From a bacterium (GTDB taxonomy: Bacteria > UBP4 > UBA4092 > JAOAEQ01): a DNA stretch of 50,999 bases. Where the stretch lies: NCBI GenBank assembly GCA_041946755.1, contig JBHGBB010000003.1:1-50999 (forward strand), in the 5' to 3' direction. The position numbers were made by a program, and so were the translations under genes. This document shows positions 16,379 through 26,900 of this stretch, one piece after another. The stretch's first letter is position 1, and each line of letters begins with the position of its first letter. The notes under the pieces were generated by a model. It did no database searches, was not told the DNA's origin, and worked only from the letters and a program-made list of their open reading frames with translations.

Positions 16379-18712
16379 ATGAAGCATCGTACCCACATCA
16401 TCCTCCAAGGGGTAGTTCAAGGGGTCGGATATCGACCATTCATCCATCGGCTGGCAACCCAATTCGAGGTTACCGGCTGGGTGATGAATACTACCCAAGG
16501 GTTGGTTATCGAGGCGGAAGCAACCCCGGATATTTTAAACCAGTTTATCCACCAAGTTACTACTACCCACCCTCCTTTAGCGCAAGTTGAACAGATTATC
16601 CAAACCGAAATCCCAATAGTTAACGACCAGACTTTTATTGTCCATCCGAGCGAAAAAGCTACCGAACGAGCGGTGCATATCCCCGCAGATATTGCGGTTT
16701 GCGATGAGTGTCTATCCGAGATGCTCAATCCTACCGACCGCAGGTATCGATATCCCTTTATTAATTGCGTTAACTGCGGCGCTCGGTTCACCATCATTCG
16801 CGATATCCCCTATGACCGGAAACAGACCACCATGCAGAAATTTAAACTATGCCCGGAATGCGATACTGAATTCCATAATCTATCGCATCGGAGATATCAT
16901 ACTCAGCCGAATTGCTGTTCGGTTTGCGGACCACACCTAGAATTATTAGATATCAATGGGAAAAAAGTTAGAAGCCAAGACCCGATTGCGGATACCATAG
17001 CTAGATTAGCGCACGGTGAAATTATGGCAATTAAAGGGATCGGCGGATTTCATCTGGTTTGCGATGCCGGAAATAATCAAGCAGTTTTAAAACTCCGGGA
17101 ACGGAAGCATCGGGAAGCGAAACCTTTTGCAATTATGAGTAACGATATTGCTGCTATCCGAGCCTATTGCGAAATATCTGCTGCAGAGGAGGAATTATTA
17201 ATCAGCCCGCAGCGACCGATAGTGTTACTAAGGAAGAAAGGTCCATCAACCGGTATCGCAGAATCGGTCGCCCCGAATTTGAACAATCTCGGGGTAATGC
17301 TGCCGTATGCTCCACTACATCATTTATTATTTCAGAACGCGCCATATCTGGCGTTAGTTATGACCAGCGGTAACCTGAGCGATGAACCGATTGTGATGGA
17401 TAATGCAGTTGCACTAGAAACCTTCCGTGGAATGGTTGATAGCTATTTAATGCATAACCGGGATATCTATAACCGCTGCGATGATTCGATTGCGATGGTG
17501 GTTGATAACGAGCCGATCATTCTCCGGCGGGCACGGGGTTATACTCCCCTTCCGATAAAATTACCCAACCCGGTACCGGATATTCTTGGCTGCGGAAGCG
17601 AATTAAAAAATACCTTCTGTTTAACGAAAAACCAGTTTGCGTTTATCAGCCAGCATATCGGGGATTTGAAAACCGCTGAAGCGTATACCTTCTATCAGGA
17701 AACTATAACTCGATTTGAGAAATTGTTCCGCATCAAACCGGAGATTATCGCGTTCGACTTACATCCGAATTATTTATCGACTCAATATGCGGTCGATAGG
17801 ATATCCAACGCTAAGAAACCGATTCAAGGGATTCAAGTTCAGCATCATCATGCGCATATCGCCAGCTGTATGGCGGAAAATAAGGTTAATGAAAAGGTGA
17901 TCGGTATTGCCATGGATGGAACCGGATATGGGACTGACGGCAATATCTGGGGTTGCGAATTCTTGGTTGCCGATCAAGCATCGTTTGACCGGGCTGGGCA
18001 TCTGGCATATACTCCGTTACCGGGAGGAGATATTGCCGCAGTTGAAACATGGCGGATGGCGATTAGCTATCTCTATTCGATATATCAGGCTGAAATGACC
18101 AAACTACCTCTACCGCTATTGAAAGAGGTTGATGAAGAGAAACTAAACCTAATCTTTCGGATAATTCAGAAGAAAATCAATGCACCGCTATGTTCCAGCG
18201 CCGGGAGATTATTCGATGCGGTCAGTGCGTTACTCGGAATATGCTTGGAATCGAATTATGAAGCGCAAGCGGCAATCGAATTAGAAATGATAGCTGATGC
18301 ATCGGTCACCGGGCATTATGGATTTGATATTTCGGAAGTAGAAGGAAAACAGGTTATCGACTGCAAACAAACCATAGTTGATATAATCGGAGATTTAAGG
18401 AAGAAGATCGATAAATCGATAATTTCCGGGAAGTTTCATAATACCATAGTAGCGTTTTCGATCGAGATGAGCAAAAAGATTCGGGAACAGACCGGATTGA
18501 ATAGTATCGCATTAAGTGGCGGGTCGTTCCAGAATCGGTTAATATTATCTCGGCTGAATAAAGGATTAAAACAAGCCGGATTTAAAGTTTATACGCATCA
18601 TATCATTCCACCAAACGATGCCTGTATCTCGTTTGGACAGGTTATGGTAGCAGAAAATCAAATTCGAAATTCGAATATCGAATATCGAAACAAAAAGATA
18701 ATGAAACAATAA
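16379..18712 (+). CDS. hypF: Carbamoyltransferase HypF
   Basis: GVVQGVGYRPF acylphosphatase domain, CxxC Zn fingers, KGIGGFHL, QHHHAH, DGTGYG, ND..IS.GQ. Confidence 0.98.
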   Translation: MKHRTHIILQGVVQGVGYRPFIHRLATQFEVTGWVMNTTQGLVIEAEATPDILNQFIHQVTTTHPPLAQVEQIIQTEIPIVNDQTFIVHPSEKATERAVHIPADIAVCDECLSEMLNPTDRRYRYPFINCVNCGARFTIIRDIPYDRKQTTMQKFKLCPECDTEFHNLSHRRYHTQPNCCSVCGPHLELLDINGKKVRSQDPIADTIARLAHGEIMAIKGIGGFHLVCDAGNNQAVLKLRERKHREAKPFAIMSNDIAAIRAYCEISAAEEELLISPQRPIVLLRKKGPSTGIAESVAPNLNNLGVMLPYAPLHHLLFQNAPYLALVMTSGNLSDEPIVMDNAVALETFRGMVDSYLMHNRDIYNRCDDSIAMVVDNEPIILRRARGYTPLPIKLPNPVPDILGCGSELKNTFCLTKNQFAFISQHIGDLKTAEAYTFYQETITRFEKLFRIKPEIIAFDLHPNYLSTQYAVDRISNAKKPIQGIQVQHHHAHIASCMAENKVNEKVIGIAMDGTGYGTDGNIWGCEFLVADQASFDRAGHLAYTPLPGGDIAAVETWRMAISYLYSIYQAEMTKLPLPLLKEVDEEKLNLIFRIIQKKINAPLCSSAGRLFDAVSALLGICLESNYEAQAAIELEMIADASVTGHYGFDISEVEGKQVIDCKQTIVDIIGDLRKKIDKSIISGKFHNTIVAFSIEMSKKIREQTGLNSIALSGGSFQNRLILSRLNKGLKQAGFKVYTHHIIPPNDACISFGQVMVAENQIRNSNIEYRNKKIMKQ

Positions 18713-18789
18713 GGCAAATCCAAATAGTTTGTATTCTATTATTATTTTGTTTTATTGTTTCGAATTTCGGATTTCGATATTCGGATTTG
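18659..18789. repeat. ~130-bp AATATCG-family hairpin element, copy 1
   Basis: caaattcgaaattcgaatatcgaatatcgaaacaa ... ttgtttcgaatttcggatttcgatattcggatttg; homologous to 48071-48199. Confidence 0.85.
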
Positions 18790-18796
18790 CATTTAT

Positions 18797-19021
18797 ATGT
18801 GTCTTGGAATACCAGGGAAAATCATTAAACTTGAAGGGCAAACCGCAACCGTTGATATTGAAGGAGTTACCAGGGAGGTATCGTTGCAGTTACTGGATAA
18901 TGTCGCGGTAGGCGATTGGGTGCTCCTTCATTCCGGGTTCGCTATCCAAAAAATGGATGAACAGGAAGCTAAAGAAACTCTAACCCTGCTCCGGCAGGTA
19001 GCCGAACTCGATTCTGAATAA
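18797..19021 (+). CDS. hypC: Hydrogenase maturation chaperone HypC
   Basis: MCLGIPG start, VGDWVLLHSGFAI, EAKETL. Confidence 0.97.
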   Translation: MCLGIPGKIIKLEGQTATVDIEGVTREVSLQLLDNVAVGDWVLLHSGFAIQKMDEQEAKETLTLLRQVAELDSE

Positions 19022-19102
19022 CTAAAGAACATAAGAACGAAAGAACGAAGGAACAATAAGGATTTATTTTGTTTAAGTTCATCATTTCTTCAGTTCCTAA
19101 GT
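19021..19102. repeat. Octamer-unit hairpin after hypC
   Basis: aagaacataagaacgaaagaacgaaggaac ... gttcatcatttcttcagttcctaagtt. Confidence 0.6.
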
Positions 19103-19226
19103 TGATTTTTTAGAGCGGAGAGGTACCAGAGCGGGTCAAAGCCGCTCTGGTTATACCCTAGTAGCGGTATAAATATGGATTTTTAGCGTTACTCTATATA
19201 AATCAATAGACTATATGGGAAAAAAG

Positions 19227-19422
19227 TAGTTAAATGAGTTAAATGAGTTACGACAAAAGAATATGCAGTAGTTCGGTAAGGGTAAAGGAGTGAGTTATGT
19301 AGTTGGGTAAAGTGGTTGGTTTAAAAACAAACTACCCAAGACTAACAACTTAACCCACTACCTTACCTTTACCTAACTCCGAATCTAATTTAGCTTATTC
19401 ACTTATTTAACCTATTTAACTA
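19227..19422. repeat. Nested hairpin: ~110-bp GTAGTT/GGTAAA element inside 9-mer AGTTAAATG arms
   Basis: Inner 19268-19380 homologous to 50442-50553; outer agttaaatgagttaaatgag / cacttatttaacctatttaact. Confidence 0.8.
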
Positions 19423-19434
19423 GGTTTTTAGCAT

Positions 19435-20532
19435 ATGCGATTTATCGATGAATATCGGGATGTAGCATTAGCGAAAGGGATTTTACCCCAAATTGAAAAG
19501 TATGCGAACCAGATTGGGCATAAAATCCAGTTCATGGAAGTTTGCGGAACCCATACGGTCGCAATCTTCAAATATGGTATTCGGGACTTGCTCCCGAAAA
19601 ATATCAGGTTATTATCCGGACCCGGATGCCCGGTATGCGTTACCGCTCCGGAAGATGTGGATGCGGCAATCGAACTCGCTAAACTCGAAAATATCATTTT
19701 AGTTTCCTTTGGAGATATGCTTCGTGTTCCCGGGTCGGTTTCTTCGTTGCAAGAGCAGAAAACCGATGGGAAAGAGGTTAGGATTGTCTATTCCTGTTTA
19801 GATGCATTGCAGATAGCGGAACAGAACCCGGATAAGAAAATAGTCTTCTTTGCGGTAGGATTCGAGACGACTTCTCCAACTATAGCGGCTACCATCCAAG
19901 TTGCTGAACAGAAGAAAATCGATAATTTCTATATCTATTCCGCACATAAACTTATCCCGCCGGCGATGAAAGTGCTTTTAGAATCAGGTGAGGTGAAGAT
20001 AAACGGATTCATCTGCCCGGGGCATGTTAGCGCTATTATCGGTACCCAGCCATATCAATTCATCATTGAACAATATGGCGTTCCATGCGTAATCACTGGT
20101 TTCGAGCCCTTGGATATTTTGCAATCGATTTTGATGTTGTTGGAACAAATCGCTATCAAGAAAGCAGAAGTAGCGATTCAATATCGGCGGGTAGTTAAAC
20201 CGGAAGGGAATCCAAAAGCTATCAAAACTTTATATCAGGTTTTCGAGCCGGCAGATAGCCCTTGGCGTGGATTGGGAGTTATTCCTGATAGCGGATTGCA
20301 ATTAACCATACCATATCAGCGATATAATATAACAGAGGTCTTGCCGGAAATTCGTCCTTCATCCCTCATCCATCGTCCCACAAAATGCCGGTGTGGCGAA
20401 GTGCTTCGTGGAGTAATCATCCCACCAGACTGTGCGTTATTCAGGAAGAAATGTACTCCGGAGAATCCGATCGGTCCTTGTATGGTGTCTACCGAAGGCA
20501 CCTGCGCTGCCTATTTTAAATATCAACAATAG
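19435..20532 (+). CDS. hypD: Hydrogenase maturation protein HypD
   Basis: MEVCGTHT, GPGCPVCV, GFETT, PGHVS, CRCGEVLRG, CMVSTEGTCAA. Confidence 0.98.
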   Translation: MRFIDEYRDVALAKGILPQIEKYANQIGHKIQFMEVCGTHTVAIFKYGIRDLLPKNIRLLSGPGCPVCVTAPEDVDAAIELAKLENIILVSFGDMLRVPGSVSSLQEQKTDGKEVRIVYSCLDALQIAEQNPDKKIVFFAVGFETTSPTIAATIQVAEQKKIDNFYIYSAHKLIPPAMKVLLESGEVKINGFICPGHVSAIIGTQPYQFIIEQYGVPCVITGFEPLDILQSILMLLEQIAIKKAEVAIQYRRVVKPEGNPKAIKTLYQVFEPADSPWRGLGVIPDSGLQLTIPYQRYNITEVLPEIRPSSLIHRPTKCRCGEVLRGVIIPPDCALFRKKCTPENPIGPCMVSTEGTCAAYFKYQQ

Positions 20533-20570
20533 AATCAACGCTTTTCCATATCCTTTACCTCTCAATCAAA

Positions 20571-20597
20571 ATCAGATTGGCAGCCTGCCAATTTGAT
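20571..20597. terminator. Palindrome after hypD, possible terminator
   Basis: atcagattggcag-c-ctgccaatttgat. Confidence 0.4.
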
Positions 20598-21122
20598 CGT
20601 CTCCTCTCTTATTCTGCTGATAACATACCTAATATCAATAAGCAACCTAAATCCAGTAAATATTATGAAATAAAACGGCGGGTAGTTGTGTCTCTAATTA
20701 TTAAGAACCCATGCATAAACCCGAGTTATTTGAGTAATTATTGGAAGCTTGAAGTCGGTTTATTCGTATTATTATATAAAGGGATTGAATAAAGCTAGGT
20801 TTGTATTTGTTTAGGTATAAAGAGATGAATTAATAAATTCAAATTATTTTGCTGAGGATATAAACCAAATATACATCTTATTCGTCTTTATGTTTAGGGG
20901 GAGAAGGTAAGGGTATTGAAATATGTTATTTTGCCTTGAAGTTATAGCCGAAAGTCAACCTTAACCGCTCTCGCAAAGTATATATACATAGTTATGATTC
21001 TATGAATTAATAGAATGGTGGACACGATCAATAATATAAGAATCCTTATGAGAAACATAAAATCGCAGTAACCGATACATCAATTAATTAAATTTACTAA
21101 ATTTAAATAAGGAGGTAGCTTT

Positions 21123-23687
21123 ATGTCTCAAGTGTCAAGACCTTTTGTTGTGGTTTTATTAGTTCTATTAAGCATAGCAAGTGCGGGTCCAGTGCTAGCC
21201 GATGAGTCGGAAGTTCCTTCTGCAATAATCTCGGAAACATCGGCATTACCCTCGGAAATATCGATATCGGATGAAAATAATATTACCCATAATGCCACTG
21301 AAGTAACGGGGCAAGCTGCACCACTGAATCCGGCGTTTATACAATATCAAAAAGATTATGCCGTTGGCCAGATAAAACGGTTTACCGCGAATGGATTTCG
21401 ATTGGGACATATTCCTTCGCCATTAGATTTATCCCACTTAAAATCTCAATCGCCGGTGTCCGCAGCAACGTTTGCTTTACCGGCTTCATATGATTGCCGG
21501 ACCGCAGGGAAAGTTTCCGGGGTAAGAAATCAAGGTAGTGCGGGAAGCTGCTGGGCATTTGCTACCTATGGCTCGATGGAATCATGTTTATTACCAAGTT
21601 CAAGCTGTGATTTCTCGGAGAACAATATGAAAAATCTGCTGAGTGCTGCGTATCCGGAAGGATTCGACCGCGCGCATAGTGATGGCGGTAACTGCCTTAT
21701 GTCATCCGCATATCTATTGCGATGGACCGGCCCTCTTGCGGAAAGTGATGACCCTTATAATGCGACAAGTGGAGTCTCACCAACCGATAAACCGCCAAGA
21801 AAACATATTCAGACAATAATATATCCCCCGGCGCGAGCAAATTTAATCGATAACGGTACGCTGAAACAGCTGGTTCTAGATTATGGCGGGATCGATAGCA
21901 GTATCTATTACGACGATTATTATTATAACGATACTACGCATGCCTACTATTTTTATGGTTCGTCAAATAATAATCATGATATTACCCTCGTCGGGTGGGA
22001 CGATAATTACTCCGCGACTAATTTCAGTCCGGCTGCACCAGGAAACGGGGCGTTTATCGCAAAAAACAGCTGGGGTACTTCTTGGGGACAGAACGGTTAT
22101 TTCTATATCTCTTATTTCGATGTTAATATCGGAAAAGAGAATGCCCAGTTCCGGTATGCAGAATCAACGACAAATTACGTTCGAGTATACCAATATGATC
22201 CTTATGGATTGGTTGATACCTATGGTTTTGGAAATACTACCGGCTGGTTCGCGAATATTTTTACGGCGAAAGCCAATGAAAACATTGCTGCAGCCGGTTG
22301 GTATGCCCAGATGCCGAATACCGCATATGAGATTTCGGTATATAAAACGCCGAATTCCGGTCCGATAAACACCGGCGGGGCGGCGTTGACCAAAACCGGA
22401 ACAGTTACCGAAGCCGGTTTTGTTACCATCCCATTTGGCAGTACCGTTTCGATTTCTTCCGGACAACGGTTTTCGGTGGTAGTTAAAGCTACTACCCCCG
22501 GCTATTACTATCCTATCCCAGTTGAATATCCGGAAACAAATTATTGTAGTAAAGCGACTGGAAATCCGGGAGAGAGTTTCATCAGTAGTAATGGCAGTAC
22601 CTGGTCGGATATTAGCGCGGCTTATAAACCGAAATCGAATGTTTGCTTGAAAGCATATACAAAAGCCGGAACTCCAGCGCCGAAAGTAATGAATAGTTAT
22701 GGCCAGTTTTCTACTGCCAGCGATACCACTAAATGGTATTATCAAGTTTACGCCGACGGTAGTGGTCCCGGAACGTTAGCTTGGGTATCGAGTTTCACCG
22801 GTCAGACCGGAGTAGTCCGATTCAATCAATCTGCCGGACAGAAAGCAAAACTAAGCCAGACGTTCTCGGTTCCTAGCGCAGGATGGTATACCGCAAAAGC
22901 GAAAGTCGCAACTGATGTTACTGGTACCTCAAAGCAACCGAAGATTTATCTGTATTTACAGGAAATGAACTCAAGCGCTGCGATTATCGCTTGTGCCAAT
23001 GAAGTCATCGCTTCCGGTGGCGGTGGATTCAGTCGTGCCAGCACCTGGAAAAACCTGGAAGTATCCTATTATGCCAGCGGTACTTGTTTAGGTGTACAGG
23101 TAGTCGGGATTAATCCGAGCGGAAGTGGAACAAACGGCAATATTTATTTCGATGATATTACCGTTACCCCTACCGCACCTGAAGGATTTACGGGGTCCAG
23201 TGTAACCATTACCAATTATAGTTTTACCACGACTACTACCTGTTGGATGGTAGAAGTGTATGCTGATGGAACCGGGCCTGGGACTTGGTGCTGGTGTACC
23301 GGTTGTAATGGTCGTAATGGTTTGATGCACGGGATGCAGGCTGGCGGCGAGAAAGGGAAGGCCAGCCAAGTATTGAATTTACCGAGCAGTGCGGATAAGA
23401 ATGCATATGTCTCAATCTGGGTAAACAGTGGCGCCGCTTCAATCGATAACTCCCAGAAAGTATATCTGTATTTATATAGTTACAATACCGGATATGGTAA
23501 GGTTATGGAAAGTGGCAATGCGGTATTATATTCCGGATATTGGACTCCGGGGACATGGAGAGAGTTGAAATTCGGATATACACCGATGAGCATATATAAT
23601 GTGGTCCAGTTTATCGGAATCAATCCATCCGGGAAACCGACCCAATCTATTTATTTCGATTTGATTACCATAAAACAGGAGAGTTAG
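21123..23687 (+). CDS. Secreted papain-like C1A cysteine protease with lectin-like domain and duplicated C-terminal beta-sandwich domains
   Basis: RBS AGGAGG, signal peptide, NQGSAGSCWAF, NHDITLVGWDD, KNSWG; YQYDPYG..FANIF lectin-like domain. Confidence 0.92.
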   Translation: MSQVSRPFVVVLLVLLSIASAGPVLADESEVPSAIISETSALPSEISISDENNITHNATEVTGQAAPLNPAFIQYQKDYAVGQIKRFTANGFRLGHIPSPLDLSHLKSQSPVSAATFALPASYDCRTAGKVSGVRNQGSAGSCWAFATYGSMESCLLPSSSCDFSENNMKNLLSAAYPEGFDRAHSDGGNCLMSSAYLLRWTGPLAESDDPYNATSGVSPTDKPPRKHIQTIIYPPARANLIDNGTLKQLVLDYGGIDSSIYYDDYYYNDTTHAYYFYGSSNNNHDITLVGWDDNYSATNFSPAAPGNGAFIAKNSWGTSWGQNGYFYISYFDVNIGKENAQFRYAESTTNYVRVYQYDPYGLVDTYGFGNTTGWFANIFTAKANENIAAAGWYAQMPNTAYEISVYKTPNSGPINTGGAALTKTGTVTEAGFVTIPFGSTVSISSGQRFSVVVKATTPGYYYPIPVEYPETNYCSKATGNPGESFISSNGSTWSDISAAYKPKSNVCLKAYTKAGTPAPKVMNSYGQFSTASDTTKWYYQVYADGSGPGTLAWVSSFTGQTGVVRFNQSAGQKAKLSQTFSVPSAGWYTAKAKVATDVTGTSKQPKIYLYLQEMNSSAAIIACANEVIASGGGGFSRASTWKNLEVSYYASGTCLGVQVVGINPSGSGTNGNIYFDDITVTPTAPEGFTGSSVTITNYSFTTTTTCWMVEVYADGTGPGTWCWCTGCNGRNGLMHGMQAGGEKGKASQVLNLPSSADKNAYVSIWVNSGAASIDNSQKVYLYLYSYNTGYGKVMESGNAVLYSGYWTPGTWRELKFGYTPMSIYNVVQFIGINPSGKPTQSIYFDLITIKQES

Positions 23688-23739
23688 GGGGTGTAGTTCT
23701 TAGTTTACCCAACGAAACGTTAACAAGCAAGTATTACAT

Positions 23740-23777
23740 AAAAGCAGATTCATTAATCGTGAATCTGCTTTTTTTTT
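23740..23777 (+). terminator. Rho-independent terminator
   Basis: aaaagcagattca-ttaatcg-tgaatctgctttt followed by T-tract. Confidence 0.85.
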
Positions 23778-23862
23778 GCTTGATTATCTCAGGTAAACCA
23801 TTTTTCTCATTTATACCATTATTTTTTCTTTCTTATTTAAAATATCCTTTTTTTATTTTACC

Positions 23863-23892
23863 TTGACAAATAAAATCTCAGTGTGCTACAAA
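23863..23892 (+). promoter_or_regulatory. Putative sigma70 promoter for second protease
   Basis: TTGACA-N18-TACAAA with extended TG. Confidence 0.45.
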
Positions 23893-23953
23893 ATAGGGTA
23901 TGAAAATATTTCGGTAAACACTAAAATGCAAACTTCTTTTGGGAGGTATCGTT

Positions 23954-26900
23954 ATGAAAAACTTTACTATTAGTATGCTGATTGTAGCGATAGTTTTATT
24001 GAGTATGACTAGTGTAGCCCCGGTAATAGCTCAAGGATTAATTATAACCACTGAACCGATTCCGGGAATCCCGGTATCTCCGGCGCAAATCGCGCCTGCG
24101 GATATCAAACCCAACTCGAAATCAATATTAGCGTTAGGGAATTTAACTCCCTATGCTCCTACCGGGTGGTCGGATAAAATTGTGGTAACCAGTAGTGTAT
24201 CGAATTTAACGACTGATGGCACCGTGTATGCCAATCAAACGAGTTATATCAGCTGGGCAGTAATCAATAATGGTACCGGCAATATCCCGTCGGCAATCCG
24301 GTTTTATGTCTATCTATATATCAACAGTAATTTTACTACCGGTTGGTACGGTGATGGCCTATATGCCGGGTATTATCTTTATGTCACCGGATATCCTTAT
24401 GTATTTACCACCATTGGTAATAATACCCTTCAGATAGAAGCTGATCCTACCGATGCTGTAATTGAAAGTAACGAAACGGATAATAGTTATAGCCGGGTAA
24501 AATCGGTTAGTGGCGGCGGACCGAGCATTCGCATCAGTCCAACCAAACTCGATTTCGTTAATATCGCTAGTTTCATCGGAACCTCGAGTCAAACCGAGCC
24601 GGAAACAAAAACCGTGAATGCGCCAACCGGTACTGAAGACTTAATTGGTCAAGTTGCGCCATTAAATCCGGCGTTTGAACAATATCAAAAAGACCTGGCG
24701 ATGGGAAACATTAACTATTTCACGGCAAATGGATTTCAGTTAGGACATATTCCAGCACCATTAGACTTATCGCATCTGAAAGTTAAATCGGCAGTATCGG
24801 AATCGGTATTAGCGCTACCGAGCGCCTATGATTGCCGGACTGCAGGTAAAGTTACCGCAGTAAGAAATCAAGGTAGTGCCGGAAGTTGTTGGGCACATGC
24901 GACCTATGGTTCGATGGAATCATGTTTGCTCCCGGGAGCGACCTGGGATTTCTCGGAAAATAATATGAAGAATCTGCTGAGTTCTGCGTATCCACAAGGA
25001 TATGACCGGGCAGCATCAGCCGGCGGAAACTGTTTTATGGCAACCGCTTATCTCACCCGATGGACAGGTCCGATTTTAGAGACCGATGATCCTTATAACG
25101 CCACCAGCGGAACTTCGCCAACCGATAAACCGGTCCAGAAACATATTCAAAGTGTTTATTACCCACCATCGCGAACCGGGGCAACAGATAATGCTACCCT
25201 AAAACAACTGATTTTAAGTTATGGTGGTATTGATAGCGGCATGTATTGGGATGATGCTTGTTATAATGCTACCAACTATGCTTATTATTATAGTGGGGCT
25301 TCGAGCGATAATCACGATATCACTGTTGTCGGCTGGGATGATAATTTTTCGGCAAGTAAATTCAGTCCAGCCGCACCGGGGAACGGTGCATTTTTAATTA
25401 AAAACAGCTGGGGTACTTCTTGGGGACAGAATGGATTTTTCTATCTGTCATATTATGATAGTAATATTGGGATAACCAACGCCCAATTCCGATATACCGA
25501 AGCAACAACTAATTATACCCGGGTATATCAATATGACCCATATGGTTGGATTAATTCTTACGGATATGGAGGAACCACCGGCTGGTTTGCAAATATATTC
25601 ACTGCTTTAGGAGAAGAAAATATCGCTGCCGTTGGCTGGTATGCTGGAGCACCGAATACCGTATATGAGATTCGGGTATATAAAACCCCGGATTCTGGCC
25701 CGATAAATACCGGGGGTGCCGCATTAACTAAAACCGGGACTGCTACCGAATCAGGTTTCGTTACCATCTCACTTGGTACCACGGTAACCGTCTCTTCCGG
25801 GCAGCGATTTTCAGTCATGGTCAAAGCAACCACCCCGAATTATAACTATCCGATACCTATCGAATATCCGGTATCAAATTATTGCAGTAAAGCGCGCGGG
25901 AATCCGGGAGAAAGCTATATAAGTGGTAACGGAACTACCTGGTCGGATATCAGTTCAAAATTCACGGCGAATTCGAATGTCTGTTTGAAGGCGTATGCGA
26001 AGTCGGTTGGGCAATCTTCAAACTCCCAGAAGTTTACGGTGTATAATGACGGAAGTGGCACCTTATCGGTCACCAATATAAGTAAAACTAATAATAAATC
26101 TTGGATTACGTCAATTGCACCAACTTCGTTTAGTGTGCCGGCTGCAGGGTCGCAACAAATCACCGTAACTGTCTCTGCCTCTGGATTATCGGTAGCAAAG
26201 GATACCGAATTATTAAAAATCTGGTCGGATGATACCTTACATAATCCTTACTCCGGTCCGACAGTTACTATCTCCGGAACTCCGAAAATATCAACCATGA
26301 ATAGTTATGGCCAGTTTTCTACTGCTGGCGATACCACTAAATGGTATTTCCAAGTTTATGCTGACGGCAGTGGTCCCGGCAGCTTATCCTGGCTCCCGAA
26401 TTTTGCCGGGCAAACAGGAGTTATTCGATTCCAGCAAGCAGCCGGAGAGAAAGCGAAATTAAGCCAGACGTTTTCAGTCCCCAGTGCGGGATGGTATACC
26501 GCTAAAGCAAAAGTCGCAACTGATATAGTACTTACTGCAAAACAACAAAAAGTCTACCTATATCTGCAAGAGATGAACTCCAGTAACGCGATTATCGCCT
26601 GTGCCAATGAAGTAGTCGCTTCTGGTGGCGGTGGATTTAGTAGTGCCAGCTCTTGGAAGAACCTTGAAATTTCATATTATGCCAGCGGAACCGGTTTGGC
26701 GGTACAGGTGGTCGGCATCAATCCCAGCGGTAGCGGAGTAGTTGGTAGGATATATTTTGATGATATTCTCGTTACCCCAACCGCACCTGAAGGATATACC
26801 GGCTCAAGTGTTACCATAAGCAATTCTAGTTTCACATCGAATACTGCCGGTTGGACGATAGAAGTCTATGCTGATGGTACCGGTCCCGGTACGTGGAGCT

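Noticed and set aside
14493-19422. Repeat clusters as a CRISPR array
   Set aside because: Units are 7-9 nt in inverted arms, with no constant 25-45-nt repeats, unique spacers or cas genes
20577-20792. 71-aa ORF after hypD
   Set aside because: TTG start inside a palindrome, no RBS, AT-rich and no motifs; not HypE
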